A DNA stretch of 57,389 nt, filler included, from Sphacelaria rigidula (Eukaryota): NCBI GenBank assembly GCA_964200075.2. It is 7 parts of 7 records of this genome, joined end to end, with 100 filler letters (N's around TTAATTAATTAA, not from the genome) between each part and the next. Parts side by side here need not be neighbours in the genome. Positions count along the whole stretch, not along the records: positions 8,215 to 16,327 come from CAXNAA020012255.1; positions 16,428 to 24,540 come from CAXNAA020012256.1; positions 24,641 to 32,753 come from CAXNAA020012257.1; 4 more parts are not named here. One strand, 5' to 3'. The notes under the pieces were generated by a model. That model did no database searches and was not told where the DNA came from. It was given only the letters and a program-made list of their open reading frames with translations. This document shows, one piece after another, positions 12,927-26,600 of this stretch (position 1 is its first letter; each line of letters starts with the position of its first letter). Both the position numbers and the translations under genes were made by a program.

Positions 12927-13625
12927 ATGTATATTTGCGATACGACACAAAGTGGCATATACTGTAGTGAAGTGATGGCATCCTGATAGCGTAGTATACT
13001 TCATGTGCAAGTTGCAAGAAGTGGTGCTGCTGCAATAAGTGTGTCTTTAACGGTATGATACACTGGACATCGACAAAGTCCCGTATCACTATTATAGACG
13101 GCTCGTTGTCCCTGGCAACGGTGATCGACGAAAAATATCTCATGTTGGTACTTTGCCAATGCAACCAGTCGCCACAATTCGACATCTATCCCCGTCCGCA
13201 ATGGTCATCGATAGGCATTTCTCGCACACTACTGTGATGTTATGGCCATAGACTATTGTGTCCGTTTTTTCGGATGTATTGTCTACCGCAGTGTACATGG
13301 ACGGAAACCCTTGAAATCTATTGGCACGGATCACGCATATCGATGAAAAATACCAAAACCTTTTGCCACAGGCCATGTTTATCGGTGGAATATGTCAAAA
13401 ATTATTGCCACTGACCATAAATTTCGATAGAATTGTGCTAAATCTTTTGCAAAGGACCACGCACATTGATGAGAAATCACATTATTCATTATTCATTACA
13501 TGGACGGTATGCATCGATGGAATAAACCAAAATCTATCGCTAACGACAAGTGCATATCAGCGATAGATTTCGGTTTACCCCTTCGATGAGTACCGTCAAT
13601 GCAAATTGATCACGGAAATTTCGTA

Positions 13626-13790
13626 TCAATATACATGGTCCTCTGAAATAGATTTTGCAAAAATTGAGTCAATATACATGGTCAGCAGCAATGGATTTTG
13701 AATTTTGTATCAATACACACGGTCAGCAGCAAAGGATTTCAAATTACTTTATCAATATACATGGCGAGCGGCAATAGAGGGAGAAATTCA
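13626..13790. repeat. Degenerate ~42-bp tandem array in an ATCGAT/CAAT-rich tract (~13040-13990)
   Basis: TCAATA(T/C)ACA(T/C)GG units at 13626, 13669, 13710 and 13752. Confidence 0.65.
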
Positions 13791-14183
13791 ACCGTTGATA
13801 GCCATTACGGTCGGTAATATACTCGTCTATTGCGGAAGATTCTATTGGTATTATACTGCAATAAACGTCTTCTCTGTCCAGGGTGTGTTATATCGATATG
13901 CTGATGTTTTCACAAGCAATCCCATCGATCGAACCCCGCAACAACGAGCGAATCGCTCAAGAACGCCATACGCCGATTATTGCAACAGAGCGTATTCTTC
14001 CTTTATGGGACAAAGCTAGACTTATTACCAGATGTCACCACGGTACTTTCGACGTGTGGCTCGTTAACGTTACGTTATCCTGCTACACGGTCATGGGTTT
14101 AGCCCAGCTTCATCAAACAAAGGGCACGCCCTTTCATCGCAATCCTTAACTTTGCCCGGGTAACATATTTGCGTTCTTCTCAC

Positions 14184-14454
14184 CTGCACCAAACGAAGAC
14201 ACGCCCCTTTTCTCGGTAAACCCCCACCCTAGCACATCCACAGCATACGCTTCTGCACCCCGCTGTTCAAGCTCGGGTAACGCACGTCGGAACTCTAGCA
14301 AAGACGAGTCGAATCCGTGAAGCAAGAGCATCGGCTCATCGCCAGTTTCACCCGTCGTTGTGCTGAAGAAGTTTGTTGCCACGGGATTTGGCGATACGAA
14401 CTCGGGCACGGTTACGGGAACTCTTCGCATATTCTTGGCGAGCTCGCGAGCGGC
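14184..14454 (-). CDS. Alpha/beta-fold hydrolase, single internal exon
   Basis: PMLLLHGFDSSLLEFRRALPELEQRGAEAYAVDVLGWGFT carries the HG oxyanion motif and the DxxGxG motif. The donor is GCAG|GTGAG at 14184; the acceptor CAAG| at 14454 is tentative. Confidence 0.8.
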
Positions 14455-16327
14455 CTTGCATGGGGCATTCGGATTAGAAGGACATGAACGAAGCGGAATG
14501 GTTTTGGTTGTTGATTTTCGGCTCACGCGGGGAAACGTGGAGAAGAACAAATATCGCAGCTAATATGGTTATACTGTATGGTGCGTTGACGCCATACGCT
14601 GACAGTTTCCGAAGCCAACATGGACAGAAAAACGAGTGAGGGTGACAAAAAATAACGGAGGTTGGTGTCTTTTTGTGGTCGTTTCGTCGATACAGTATGT
14701 CCGCGCCTGTCATCGGGAAAGATACGAAGGATCTTCGTGCGTTTGTGTCTAACATCATGTGTCGAAAGTTTGAAAGGAAGGCTGATCGTAAAACGTCCCC
14801 GCTGTTATTTTCAATTGGAACTGAAGAGAAGGGCGTGGCAAAAGGACAAGGAACGATCATCATTACTGTGCCATGTTGAAGCGAAACATTCGGGTTTTCA
14901 CAGCTCAAAGGACTCCTCCTACGAATGAACAGCAGCGTAGAGAGCGGAATCAACAATAGGGGGGGTGTCGGCGGAAATTCGGTTTAAAAAATCACCGTCT
15001 ATAGGTCGGGTATGTACCTGCAATTTGGATGTTCATCATGCACATCCGTCTAGGATATCCATCTGGAACTTGAACCTTCCACCGCGAAGGTAAATCATCT
15101 GTTGAATCGACTTCATTTTTACTTGAAAATGTGTTTGGCACTCCGATCGCTCACCCTGGGGGTTAGAGGGGTAACACTTTGACCTCCAGAATCAAATCGG
15201 TACATTTTTGCCAGCTAACAGGTCCCTGTTTTTGACGGAGAGAGGGACGGGGGACTTGCAGTTTCCACAATGGTGAGCGAATGCTTCCCAGATCAACCAC
15301 GCCTGTTTCCAGGGAATTTCGAGGTCGAGCAACAGGCCTGAAGAGAGGTGAGTCGACCATTTTTATCGTTCAAATTGGTGGAATGATCCCCTAGGTTCCC
15401 CTACAAATCACCCAATATCCCCCACCTGGAGGTGAAGCTGTACTTAGCAGTTTCACCATTTGACCACAAACGGTACATGAACACCGGAAAAACAACGTGT
15501 TTCTCGCTCTTCGCGCAATCTTTACCACCTACCTACCCCCCCTTTGTGTCGGCAAGAGCTGCACGCTGTTGTATAAAAATGAGTACAGGTAAAACCAGTG
15601 TATACGGAATTTACCCTGTGCAGTGGAGAGCAAGGGGCACTGTACTGCGCCACCTGTATATTAGCGCCGATATAAAAAGTCCGTCTGTATGGTGTACTGT
15701 ACAGCAGCAGCGCGGTATCTGGAGTGTAGTCGAGATGATATGACAACGTGAAGTGTGTATCGAAACATGCGGGAGGTGCGCCAGCAACGCCTTGAAAGTA
15801 CCAAGATTGCTGAAGAAGCGTGGAGAGTACGTTGCTTGAGTAAATCGCAGCAGGAGTGGTAGCCACCGTGCACCACTCGCTTGCGCGCGATAGCATATAC
15901 TACCGCCTCCTCAGCATACCGACACGTACACCCACGCCGCTTGGCCAGAGAAAAAGGTCAGAGCTGTACGAGTACTTATTTCTGTACACTCAACATCCAC
16001 CTCGTCAGATAAATCGGCGTGTTTCGCCACTTGAAAGACAATAGTTCCGGAGCCAAATTTGACCAAGGGCGATATTGGGTGATATGGGACGGGGGGGAGC
16101 GTTCTCATTTGTTGCTTGCATTAGTCGTGTGGCCATTGACCACGCATCTCTCTCGAGACGGAGCACCGTTCCTACCCCTATTAGAGACACCTCCAACATT
16201 CCGGCGCGGGGGGGGGGCGTACTCATTTGTTGCTTGCCTTAGTCATTTGACCACTGACCGGCGCGGGGGGGGGGGGCTGAAGGTTAAAGGGTAACCGTTT
16301 ATCTGGGGCAACCATTTGAGAACTTGG

Positions 16328-16427
16328 NNNNNNNNNNNNNNNNNNNNNNNNNNNNNNNNNNNNNNNNNNNNTTAATTAATTAANNNNNNNNNNNNNNNNN
16401 NNNNNNNNNNNNNNNNNNNNNNNNNNN
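16328..16427. other. Artificial contig linker
   Basis: N44-TTAATTAATTAA-N44. Confidence 0.97.
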
Positions 16428-16572
16428 CCGACTAAAGAGGGATGCGTGGTCAATGCGACAACCACGGAGGCCATTACCAAAGTGGTGGGCCCCCCCCCCC
16501 CCCCTCATTATCGCGATATTCCCTGCCCACCGATAATATTGACGAAATAAGGCTGCTGATACGCTCACTCAG

Positions 16573-19500
16573 CTAGGGCTACTATGGTCCAGGAGGGGGT
16601 ACCCGCGCCGTTCCCTCCTGTACTTGTTGGCGGCCGTAGCTTTCCTTCGGGACGCGTCCTCGTCGTCAAACGAAGGAGAAGACGAACGATTGGAACATGG
16701 CTCTCGGGAGGACGACAGATTGGAGGATGATGAAGCAATGGAGGACGCGGGGGAACATGAGGAACGGGATGACAGGGTCGCTGGCAGGGTGTGTGCCGAG
16801 GAGACGGAGCTGCCGCTGTCTGTGAATCCTGTCGCCTCGTGTGAGGAGCGGAAAGCTAAGCTCGAAAGCCAGTTGACTCACGGATTCTACTACTTGGCTC
16901 AGGTGCGGAGCAAAACAAAAGTTCGGGGGCTGAGGGCCAGGGGTTGGTGAATTCATCGTCTCATTGTCGATAGCGGCGTAGAGTAGTGCTTCGCTTTGTC
17001 CCCTATTTTGTGCCCCCATTTTTTTTCTGACTCGGGTATGTCTATCATGTGATGACGGCTGGTTCCCTGGGGGGTCGGTTTCAGCGCGACAATCAATCAA
17101 TCAATCAATCAGCGAATCAACTATCTATCGTTTTGTGCCCCCCGACGGTGTCGTACAGCATATTTAGTGTTTCTTGAGTATGTTGACGTTTTGCGCTAAT
17201 GTAGTCTGCCACGGGTTCTCGACAAGTTTCGTGACTGGGGTAGTACTTTGGAGTAGCAAAGATCGTGTCCTGCCTCTCGTTTTATGTGTGGTGCTCGGTG
17301 CTGGGTGTATTGTTCTTGCAGGCGTACGCAGCCAAGGACGTGGAACTGGGCGCTCGGTACTGCATCAAAACCTTACAGGTATTTCCAGCGCTTTTTCGCC
17401 TTATGATGTACTCACTGTGAAACCTACTATTAACTGGAGTCCATACTATGCAGTAGTGCGTTTTTTTTTTTCGAATTTCCACCGCGTTTCAAAGTACAAA
17501 CCATGTCTTTGGAGGCACGCTATCGGATTCGCACGATGGCGATGACGACGTACCTGGTACTATTAGGAAGCTGAGGATTTGCACCCGCGATCCGATAATG
17601 TGGGTCTTGCGTTACACCAATTGCCGGCTACGCTCGCGGCGAGTCAGAGAAGAACACCCCCATACAGGGGTTGTTCGTTTTTTCGGAACTATTTCAAGAC
17701 CGAGTTTCCGAACCAGTGTGCAGGAGCCGTCTCATAAGAAATACCCTGGAATAAGACGCGATATCTGTACGTTTGAAGGCGAAAGTTGTGAAATTTGACT
17801 GCACCAGCATGCTGTACTGTCGGATATTGGTAGGTGGACATCTCTCTAGACCGGCTCCTTCTCTTCGGATTGTAGTGATGATGCCCTCATCCATGCAGTT
17901 CGTATGTGTAATCATCGCGTGCGGTAATTTTCACAACTATAGACGAAGTTGCAAGATTTCCCCACCACAAGATTGGAGAAAGTGTTGCGCAAGCGCGTTA
18001 AGATCGGTCACTGACAAGATATGGTTGACACATAGGCATACTCCACATACTTCGACGCCAGAGCATATATTCATATTTTTCATGGCCAGTCTGTGATGAA
18101 CACACCCGGCTCATCCTCACTGCCAATCTACCCGGCCTTTTTTTTATTATAAGTGACGAAATTTATCGAGGGCACTGCCCGAGGAATTCTTCACAACCTC
18201 CTTCACAGTATTTATGAACAAGCATATCGGGGTAGCTGCCAGAGCAGTGGGCTTCAAGGCTTCCGTTTCATTTCTGTCGTTTTTCTTTCACCCTGGTTTG
18301 TTGCCTGGGACTCGATGTTGAGCGAGAAAATATATATATAAACGCTTTCACTTCAGGTGTGAAATTCGGTACATTCATGTGTCAAGTTGAGCACTTTGAT
18401 GACCCGTCAACTTTCGTTTTTCTGCACTTGAAATCTGGGGTGTTCTTCTCTCATGTTTTTTTGTATCTCTGTATTTAGAGAGAAAGTGGGCAGCTTCATT
18501 GCGGTCAGCCGACCGCAATTCTGACTCAATATTGAATAACGTGAATTTTGAGTAATATTTCCCGATCACTCCCATTTTCACTCCCGTTCGGCGCCCCCAT
18601 GTTCGTTGAATAATTTAAACGTTGGTCGAGATGTCGATAGCTCCTACTCACCATGTACCTCCGTTTGAACAAAGCTTCCAAGAGCACATTCGCGTAGCTG
18701 CTACCAAACAGTGGAGCATGAACACAAGAAGTTGTAAGTGTCTTAACTCCCTCCAACCGCTGGCTGACGTCGTATCGCCGGTGGTGTACGGCACAGCATA
18801 TATATCCGAGCCATATACGATCCTCGAGTCACGCTTATTCAAGTCGCGAAAATTCCGCAGCATCCTGTGTTGTACGACGCGCGTACCGTTTTGCCATTCT
18901 GGAATATCATTCACGATTCATTGCTCTGTCACCTCGATGTACCCATGTGACCCAGCCCTCTTGATTGCCCGACTTTTCGCGTAGAAAGGGTGTAACCAAC
19001 TCCCAGGGGAAAACTCCGCTACCCCGTGACGGCAAGTACGGCGCCCGACAGATGCATGCGCTGTCAGTACGTAGTTGGACCAGAAGAAACCACCTCTATC
19101 GTGCAAGCCTATAAATAGATAAATGATACAAATTTTATTATGAGTGCGAGAGTCTTGATGAGGTGGTGGCAAAGTCAACATACTGTAGTTTGTTTTTTAC
19201 TGATTTTTTGTTCAACGTACATACAACGTGCTATGCTTCACCACCCCTTAGTTCACGATCTACAAAGTGGTGACCATAATCAACAATAACAACAACAACA
19301 GAGACAACTGGATGCGGCGCAACGTGGACAAGGGGCCAGCGTATCCTTCGACCGCGGGGAGTGGAGCCGCAACGCGTGCTTCCTGGCGGACTACTTTCTC
19401 AAGCTCGGCATGTTCCCGGCTGCGGGGAGATGTCTGTTCGCGGCACAGGTAAATAAGATTTGTCGTTGTGATGGGTCGGGTTGTCTATGCGAAGAAATTA

Positions 19501-22410
19501 TGGGTGCTGTATAGCAGTGGGTGTTGAAGCGGTGTGTTGCGAGCTGTATCCACGTAGGGCAGAGTGTATTATTCGTGACTAACTTGAGTTTGAATTCGGA
19601 TTCGGTACAAATGGAGTACCGGTGATTTTCATGTGACTCTTTTGTTTTTTTTCCTCTTCTTTTTATCGCCCGTCTTTCATTCTTCACGTCGAGTTGTCTT
19701 TCGCCATAGTCGTTCGCAAGAGAAAACCCCCGAAGCGACTAAAAAGCTACAGCACACGTTTATGTACAAAACAAAACACAAGCTGACATTGACTGCTACA
19801 CGCGATAACCACGAACTTTGGTCCTAGTGCAGAGAACATCATTTTCCCGCATTTTGTGTGTGGCAGAAAGTGCTCGCACACGAATCTCAGGTGCAGTATA
19901 TGCCAAGGACTACGTCCGAATGTCGCCGTCAGCAACGCCAAATCTCTCACCCGGGCCGCTTTGTGTTTTTTATTTCACCAATGCTCGTACTCCAAAAGGC
20001 GGTCCTTGGGGGGCGGATAGGCAGCCACAAATCACTGCCACCAGCCGGTACGGCAGCAGCGGCAGAGACCGACGACAAGAACGACGAGGACGGAGACGAC
20101 GGTAGTGGGAAGCAGGTAGATTCTTGTAGCGGAAGTGCAAACAGGGAAGACTCGTCGCTCTCGCCGCCGCCTCCACCACCGCCTCCGCAGCAACAACAGC
20201 GGAGACAAGAACCCCCCGAAAGTGTACAGGCAAAGACGGAGTCGGCGGAGATAAACGAACCAGATGGGTGCTGCCCGCCAGCTACAGGGCCGATGAAAGA
20301 AAATGAGATCCTGGAGAGCAAGGATGAACGTGGTGTCGGTGCCGCTGCAGTGGGGGATGCGGGAGAGGGCGGGGGGGAGGAGGAGGGGGCGGAGCGGCGA
20401 AGAGAACAGCTTGCGGACGTTGACAGGCACATGGCGAGTCTGTATATCGCGATGCTCGAGAGAAAGAGCCACGAGCGAGGTACTGCAGGGCGGGAGGAGG
20501 CGGGGGCGGAGGTTGAGCAGGTCGGTTGATGGGCGTCCCGTGCGTGCGTGGAAAAAGTGTGGTAGTGCCGCGATGCTCCCGTGCCGCGTGATTGAAGTCA
20601 TATGGAGTGGCATGGAGTATGGTTGAGTGGAGTGGAGTGGAGTGGAGTGAAGTGGAGTGAAGTGCCGTGCCGTGCCGTGCCGTGTGTATTGTGGTGTGCG
20701 TATTGTGGTATGCGTGTCCGAACGCAAATCAATCGGCAGTTCAAGGGTGGCAACAATGCCGTGCTGTTATTTTTTTTCTGGGACTGGGTCTGAGGTACAC
20801 GATATGATGAGATTTGTTGCCATCGATTTGGTCTCCTCACGCGATGTTTTCAATCTTTCAACGGTTGGACGAATTAGTTAATGATTCGTCTGGAAATTTC
20901 TTGATTTTAGTGTAAGTGATTCGTACCGTACGAATCAAATCCTGGGGCTTTGTTTTCAGCGTTGCAAGCCAGGTACGCGCAGCCCAGGCACGTGGAATGG
21001 TGCGAAAATTGCGTGGAGAACTTTTTGTCCAGCGGTCAACCTTTTTTTTTTCTTTTTTGAGCAATCAGGCCTAAAATATCGTAAATTTGTAGATCCGAAC
21101 TGGCGATGATTCGTACGGACCGTGCAATCTTTGTCTCCATCTTTCTCAAGAGTTCTGCTGCAGGGGGAAACAAGGACGACGAGGAGGAAGGACCAGCCGG
21201 ATTCTCGGCAAGCCTCGGCCTCGGAGAGCTCCCGATGAGCGACCCCTCTACGATCAAGGGTGACTTCGAGGACGTTCGCGAAGTGTTCAAAAAGGCCAAG
21301 GTGCGAGGATCGACCCTCTTCGCACGAAGACAGGGTCTTTGTTTATTATCAATAAAGCAAATTATTAAAAACTCATCCTTCCCAACTGTCGATTACATCT
21401 TGGGGCGGCTTCCCGTCGGGTATGTACAGCACTGCTGTGTTCTTGCGTCCCGATACGTCTGGCCTTCCTTCGGTTCTGTTAAGTTGCTGTGTCGATTCCG
21501 GCCCGGTTAGGTTAGGTTAGGTTCGGTTGGGTTGGGTTCGGATCAGCCGGTCTAGTCCTGCCCGATTCCATCCTGTATTCTCTGCTTCTTCTTTTTTTCT
21601 GTGCCCAGGATACACACTCGGCGTTCTCGGTGCAACTTCCGCTTACACTCCAACGTCAGCAAGTGATGTCCCTTCATACTGTGGCATCGGGGGTCGAGTA
21701 TTACTCCGCCGGTGGTGGACGATTTTACGAAGATGATATATTTGTCGGTGACATCGAATTCGTTCAGTTCGGCTACACTTGCTGGCAACCGTGCACCGGG
21801 GCTTTCGCAGATTTATACCCGCAACCCACTCTTGCCACTATTTCTGAAGCTGTCTCATGTTCGTCCGCGGCTGGGAGGCCCCGCCGCAGCTGTAGACGAC
21901 GCCAAATTCGGCGTAGACTGTCTCAGTATGAGGCATGTAAGAGCGCATGCTAACCTAACCGATACCTATCGCGGACCTCGTTTTCCCCCCTCCTCCCTGA
22001 CTCTCTCTCCCCGTTGTTTCGCACCGTACCCATGCCCACCGATGCGGAAACGACGCGGGACACCACCGACACCACCGCCGACAACAAAACCGATGCCGTC
22101 GGCAAAATGGGTCGACGCGCTTTCCCGCTCCCTCCCGACAAAACGATCCGCCTGACGGGAAAATAAATAAATGACAACGGCGAAAAAACAAGAGCCACAC
22201 GGATCGTGCGTTGAAGCACTATGTTCTGGACGGTTTCGTCACCGCACACGTTGCGCTGCAACAGGGCCTCAGCAGGGCCTACCTCTATCTCTCCGCGTTC
22301 GAATCGGACTCCAAGCGTCAGCAAGCCATGTTCTCTCGAAGGTTCTTTTTTTTTGGTTTCTTTGTAATGTTTTCGCGTTATCTTCTGTTTCTTGTTCTAT
22401 ACATGCGCGG

Positions 22411-22454
<44 letters not shown>

Positions 22455-24000
22455 GTACCCCGTGTTTAGTATTTTGATTGTTACGGGACGATCGATGATT
22501 ATTGTTCTGATTTTCTCGCCAGTCCACAGCGCCGTATGTGGTACTCGTAGCGCGATGCACCGTCTCTCTACTCGTTTGTAGAGACTTGTAGACTGCTCGG
22601 TGCGCGTAGTTGGTATTGGGAAACATGGATCTCGCACGTCCGCCTGGGCAAATGACGGTGCGTCGTGAGATGGCAGTCAATCGCATGTTGACGTTCATCA
22701 TCATCACACAAGCCAGTCTTTTCTCACACACACGACCGCGCACGCGTATACACCGTTTCTCCTCTCTCTCGCCACCGCTCCCCCCATGTCGCGCTTGACC
22801 TTCCCGTGGTGGTGGCTTCAGAGCACAGTCTCTTGAGCCGTTGGTCGCGGTACTCGCCCCGAAGGCGTACAGTCACTTCCATAAGGAGCTGTCTTTCGAA
22901 TTGGCAGAGATTTACCAAGAGCTGGCGGAACTAAAGATTGCTAGGTACTGTGGGTGGTCCCACTTCAGTGCGGTACGTTTTTTTTTTGTGGGTGTGTTCG
23001 GAGCACTGCTGAACACAACGATCACAAATCGCTGCGCACAGCTTTCGCAGCGGTCTACTAGCCTTTGTTATGTACAAGCACTGAACCGGACTAGTTCCCA
23101 GTCAAAGTCGAGGCCGGTTGAGTGTGCGCTTGCACTATTCCGCTCCCGTGTAGGGTCTACGCTCATACTACTCTTGTACCGTTGTGACCCGTGTTAACGG
23201 GTCGGCTCAAGCAGGGCGGCTACATTATGCCTGACGCTGTTGTTTGAAAGCGGGAACGGTTTGTGAACTCGTGTGCGTGTGTGCTTAGCAATCGGTGTGA
23301 GCTTACACAGCTGCCCAGCTCTTGATGATGATGTTCGTATTCGAATCGCTGGAGAACTCAAGCATTCGTTATTTTTTTCTCTGCCAAGGCTCATGTATAA
23401 CATATATATATATATATATATGTACACATCTATAAGAGTGTGACTGCATCGATACAATGGCTGATGTTGCTCCTGGCAGATCGTGCAGCATATTCCTAGC
23501 CCACCTACCCCCCTATTGATACCTATCTATTGATACCGATCCCCCCCCCCCCCCCCAAAAACAAAAAAAAGTCCCCCGCGGGCACGGGCCCACCCCCCCC
23601 CCCTTCGGCCCCCCCCAATCTCCTTTTCTCCTTTTTTTCTTGTATATTCGATGGATTGATTGATTGTCGTACTTTAACCGACCACCCATGCGTCCAGCCG
23701 CGGTCGCATGATGGACGTGTCCAGGAAAACCAAAACTGAAAGACTCGCTCAAGTAAAGAAGGAACAGGGAAAAAGTCAAAGAGAACGACATAGTAGGCTA
23801 AGACGTTAGAAAGAAAAAGAAGAGGAAGAAGAAGAGGAAGAAATGAAATTGTACATGCGGAATTCTATTTTTCGAAATTTATGTACGTCCTTGCGCATCT
23901 CGTATACGAAAAACAATGCAGGGCAGCGGGAAAAGTTAAGGCGAACGGCGGAGGAGGTTCGACGTCGGCGGATATTCGAGCGGTGAACAAACTGCTGCAG
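16573..24000 (+). CDS. KIFBP: KIF-binding protein (KBP/KIAA1279 family) homologue, 8 internal exons, partial at both ends
   Basis: Phase-consistent AG/GT exons at 16573-16902, 17322-17378, 19302-19448, 19999-20520, 21151-21300, 22193-22341, 22822-22944 and 23922-24000. Peptides LGLLWS..., THGFYYLAQ.Y......ARYC..TL.RQL, EW..NA..L, DFEDVREVF, LDGFVTAH, AFESD..R..M..RR...LEPL and ELSFELAEIY....LK occur in the order I recall for animal KBP. Confidence 0.85.
20624..20684. repeat. Compound microsatellite (GAGTG)n(GTGCC)n; representative of several simple repeats
   Basis: Others: (TG)n 22415-22448, (CA)n 29152-29180, (GGAGTGT)n 29618-29666, (GGGGAGT)n 37766-37808 and (CAG)n 38858-38893. Confidence 0.9.
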
Positions 24001-24540
24001 GTTAGTGAGCGCTACATTGATAGCCCTAACCTCACCAAAATGCGCGTCCTGCAGCGGTCTATCTTTTTCTACCCAAGTCTGAACTGCGCAGTGCTGCATT
24101 ATATGGTAGACTGCGCCCGTCGTGTGGATCTCCAACTCTGCAATCGGCAGTGCCTGTTCCTCCGCCCCGACCTCTTACCGCCAGCCGGGATGTATGGTAT
24201 TTTGTGAAGTTTTCTTCGAACCTAATCAGCGATTCGAGACACCGGCCGTTCATGGCTCAACAGTTTTTTTTTCATGTAGACATAGCTTCGTCAGACGGGT
24301 TGTCTGCGTTACCGTGGTTGAACACTCCCCCGAGCCTCGTCCGGCGAATACCCGGCGTGCATCGTCCCGACTTTGTAGGGATGCGAGGTCAATGGTCAAG
24401 TGACTACAGCATGCAAGATCGTGGGTACCCCCCCCAGACCCGAAAGGGATGCGTGGTCAATGGTCAAATGACTAAGGCAAGCAACAAAAGAGAACACCCC
24501 ACCACACACACCAAAGAAGAACCCGACAACAACAAAACAA

Positions 24541-24640
24541 NNNNNNNNNNNNNNNNNNNNNNNNNNNNNNNNNNNNNNNNNNNNTTAATTAATTAANNNN
24601 NNNNNNNNNNNNNNNNNNNNNNNNNNNNNNNNNNNNNNNN
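24541..24640. other. Artificial contig linker
   Basis: N44-TTAATTAATTAA-N44. Confidence 0.97.
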
Positions 24641-26600
24641 ATTGTTCAGCCCGAAGCGTACTGATTATCTTACATTTGGATGACAACCTAACTGAGTTGC
24701 TTTCTTTTCTGGTATCGCCACTTGCAGAGACAGCCACAGCTTATACACTGCCTCATGGGGTTGCACATCTGGTTATTGCCTAGTTATTTGATAATTCACC
24801 ACGCATCTCTTTCGAGACACAGCAACGTTCCTGCTCCTAATGAGGACACCTCCGGCATTTGGGCCCTAATTACGTTTCTTCGACAAATTCCACAAGAACC
24901 TTCTGCATATCTTATCCCCTTCCTATTTCGCCGTTTGTGGCCACCATATATCTTCTCGTATAGCGATTTCTTCCTCGCTACTATTCAATGTACCAAACGA
25001 TTGCATGCCACATTCGTTTAGTTCCCTCATCTCCAACACGTTCCGTTTCTTGTACAGTTCACATTCTGCCGCTATATGAATTCTAATATCAGTTACTCTA
25101 CCACAAGGGCAAATCTATGAATCTACTTCCTCCTGCACCCGAGTACTGCTTTGCCCCTCATTCCTCCGTCTTGCAACTCCGAATGCGACGATCAATCAAA
25201 GCCATCAATCAACTACACGTCCCCCGCCCGAAATCGCAGTTCCAGCAGCAGGGGGGGGGGGGAGGAGGAGGAGGGTCGAGAAATCCGCCTCCTCCTAAGA
25301 AGAGCATTGAATGTGAAACCATACAAAACACAGCTAGACCACCAGCTGGAAAAACAAACAGCAAACCCAAATGCCAAAGCATGGAGATTACCTAGCTCGC
25401 CGCACAAAGAACGACACCAGCGACTCTTGTCTTTTCCATCATACCAAATACCACGCCCTGCATCGCGGTACGGTCACAAGGCTGCACCAAATAGGACCTT
25501 GCTGTCTCGAATTACGCCCTGGAGAATGGAAGAGTCAACATGCCATCCCCGTACAACTGACTGCTGTGCCACTTGTACTCTAGTGATGACCACCCCCCGA
25601 TTTGTTTCAAATCATTTTCTCATGCGACCATGCGACCATGACATGTGACATTTCGAAGTCTTCTCGCTGAGACCCACAGTCACGCGTCAAAAAAGGGGAG
25701 AAATGAGCAATACTCGGGCAAAAAAAAAACACCAAAAAAAATCCGTTCTTGACGTGTAGGCTCGAATTATAGAAGATGCGACCACAACTTCACGTGTTGA
25801 GCCCCACGCAACATCCCTGCACGCGGTGTTCGATCTCGATGGTGATGATGATGATGGTGATGGTGATAGTACTTCTATATAACGGTACGGGTATTCCACG
25901 GTATCTTCGCGGTACGGCAAAATTTGTAAGGTTGTGAGGAACGACGGAAACATTGCATATGCTGCAATACACCCCGGAAAAAATAACGTCGAAGAACTTC
26001 CCATCGGAGCATTGAGATGTTCGAACATTTGTCACATAACGCAGTCGGCATGTCAACAGTGTTATTCATTCATGTGCCTTGTATCTTTGGCCTTTGTTGA
26101 AGTCATTGCCTCCGCAGTCCGGTGGGTGGTGTCATGTGTCATGATGCAATGTTTTGCCCAAAACAAGAAGTCACCCATGTCGACCGTCATTTCCCACACG
26201 TGTGAGTGAACTCAACATAAAACAGGACGATGCAATATACCGTACACCGGCAGTGTCGTGTTCTTCTCAAGCACGTAGTGAAGCTGAAGCGGCTTGTGAT
26301 ACTGCGTCGATGTACTCGGCACGACGAAGTAGTGTTTCTGGTCGCTGCTATGTTTGGCTCGCCGTGCGTCGTCGCCACAGGATTCTACAGCGATAGAAGA
26401 TGGCTACATATTGTGTTTAATTGCGTGCCTGAACCACGAAAAGTCAGTTTTGCAGAATATGATGTGTCTTTGGTGTGCTACGTTTAATACTTTCGAGATG
26501 ACTGGCTGATTCTTGCATAGCTGCGGTGGATCGCCTACAGAGCGCATGGTGTAGAGCAGCAGCAGTCAATGTTGTCAGCAGTGCGGCTGTGTGCCCTCAC

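Noticed and set aside
21712-21745. VVDDFTKM as a retroelement integrase motif
   Set aside because: Isolated 8-aa resemblance with no flanking integrase motifs.
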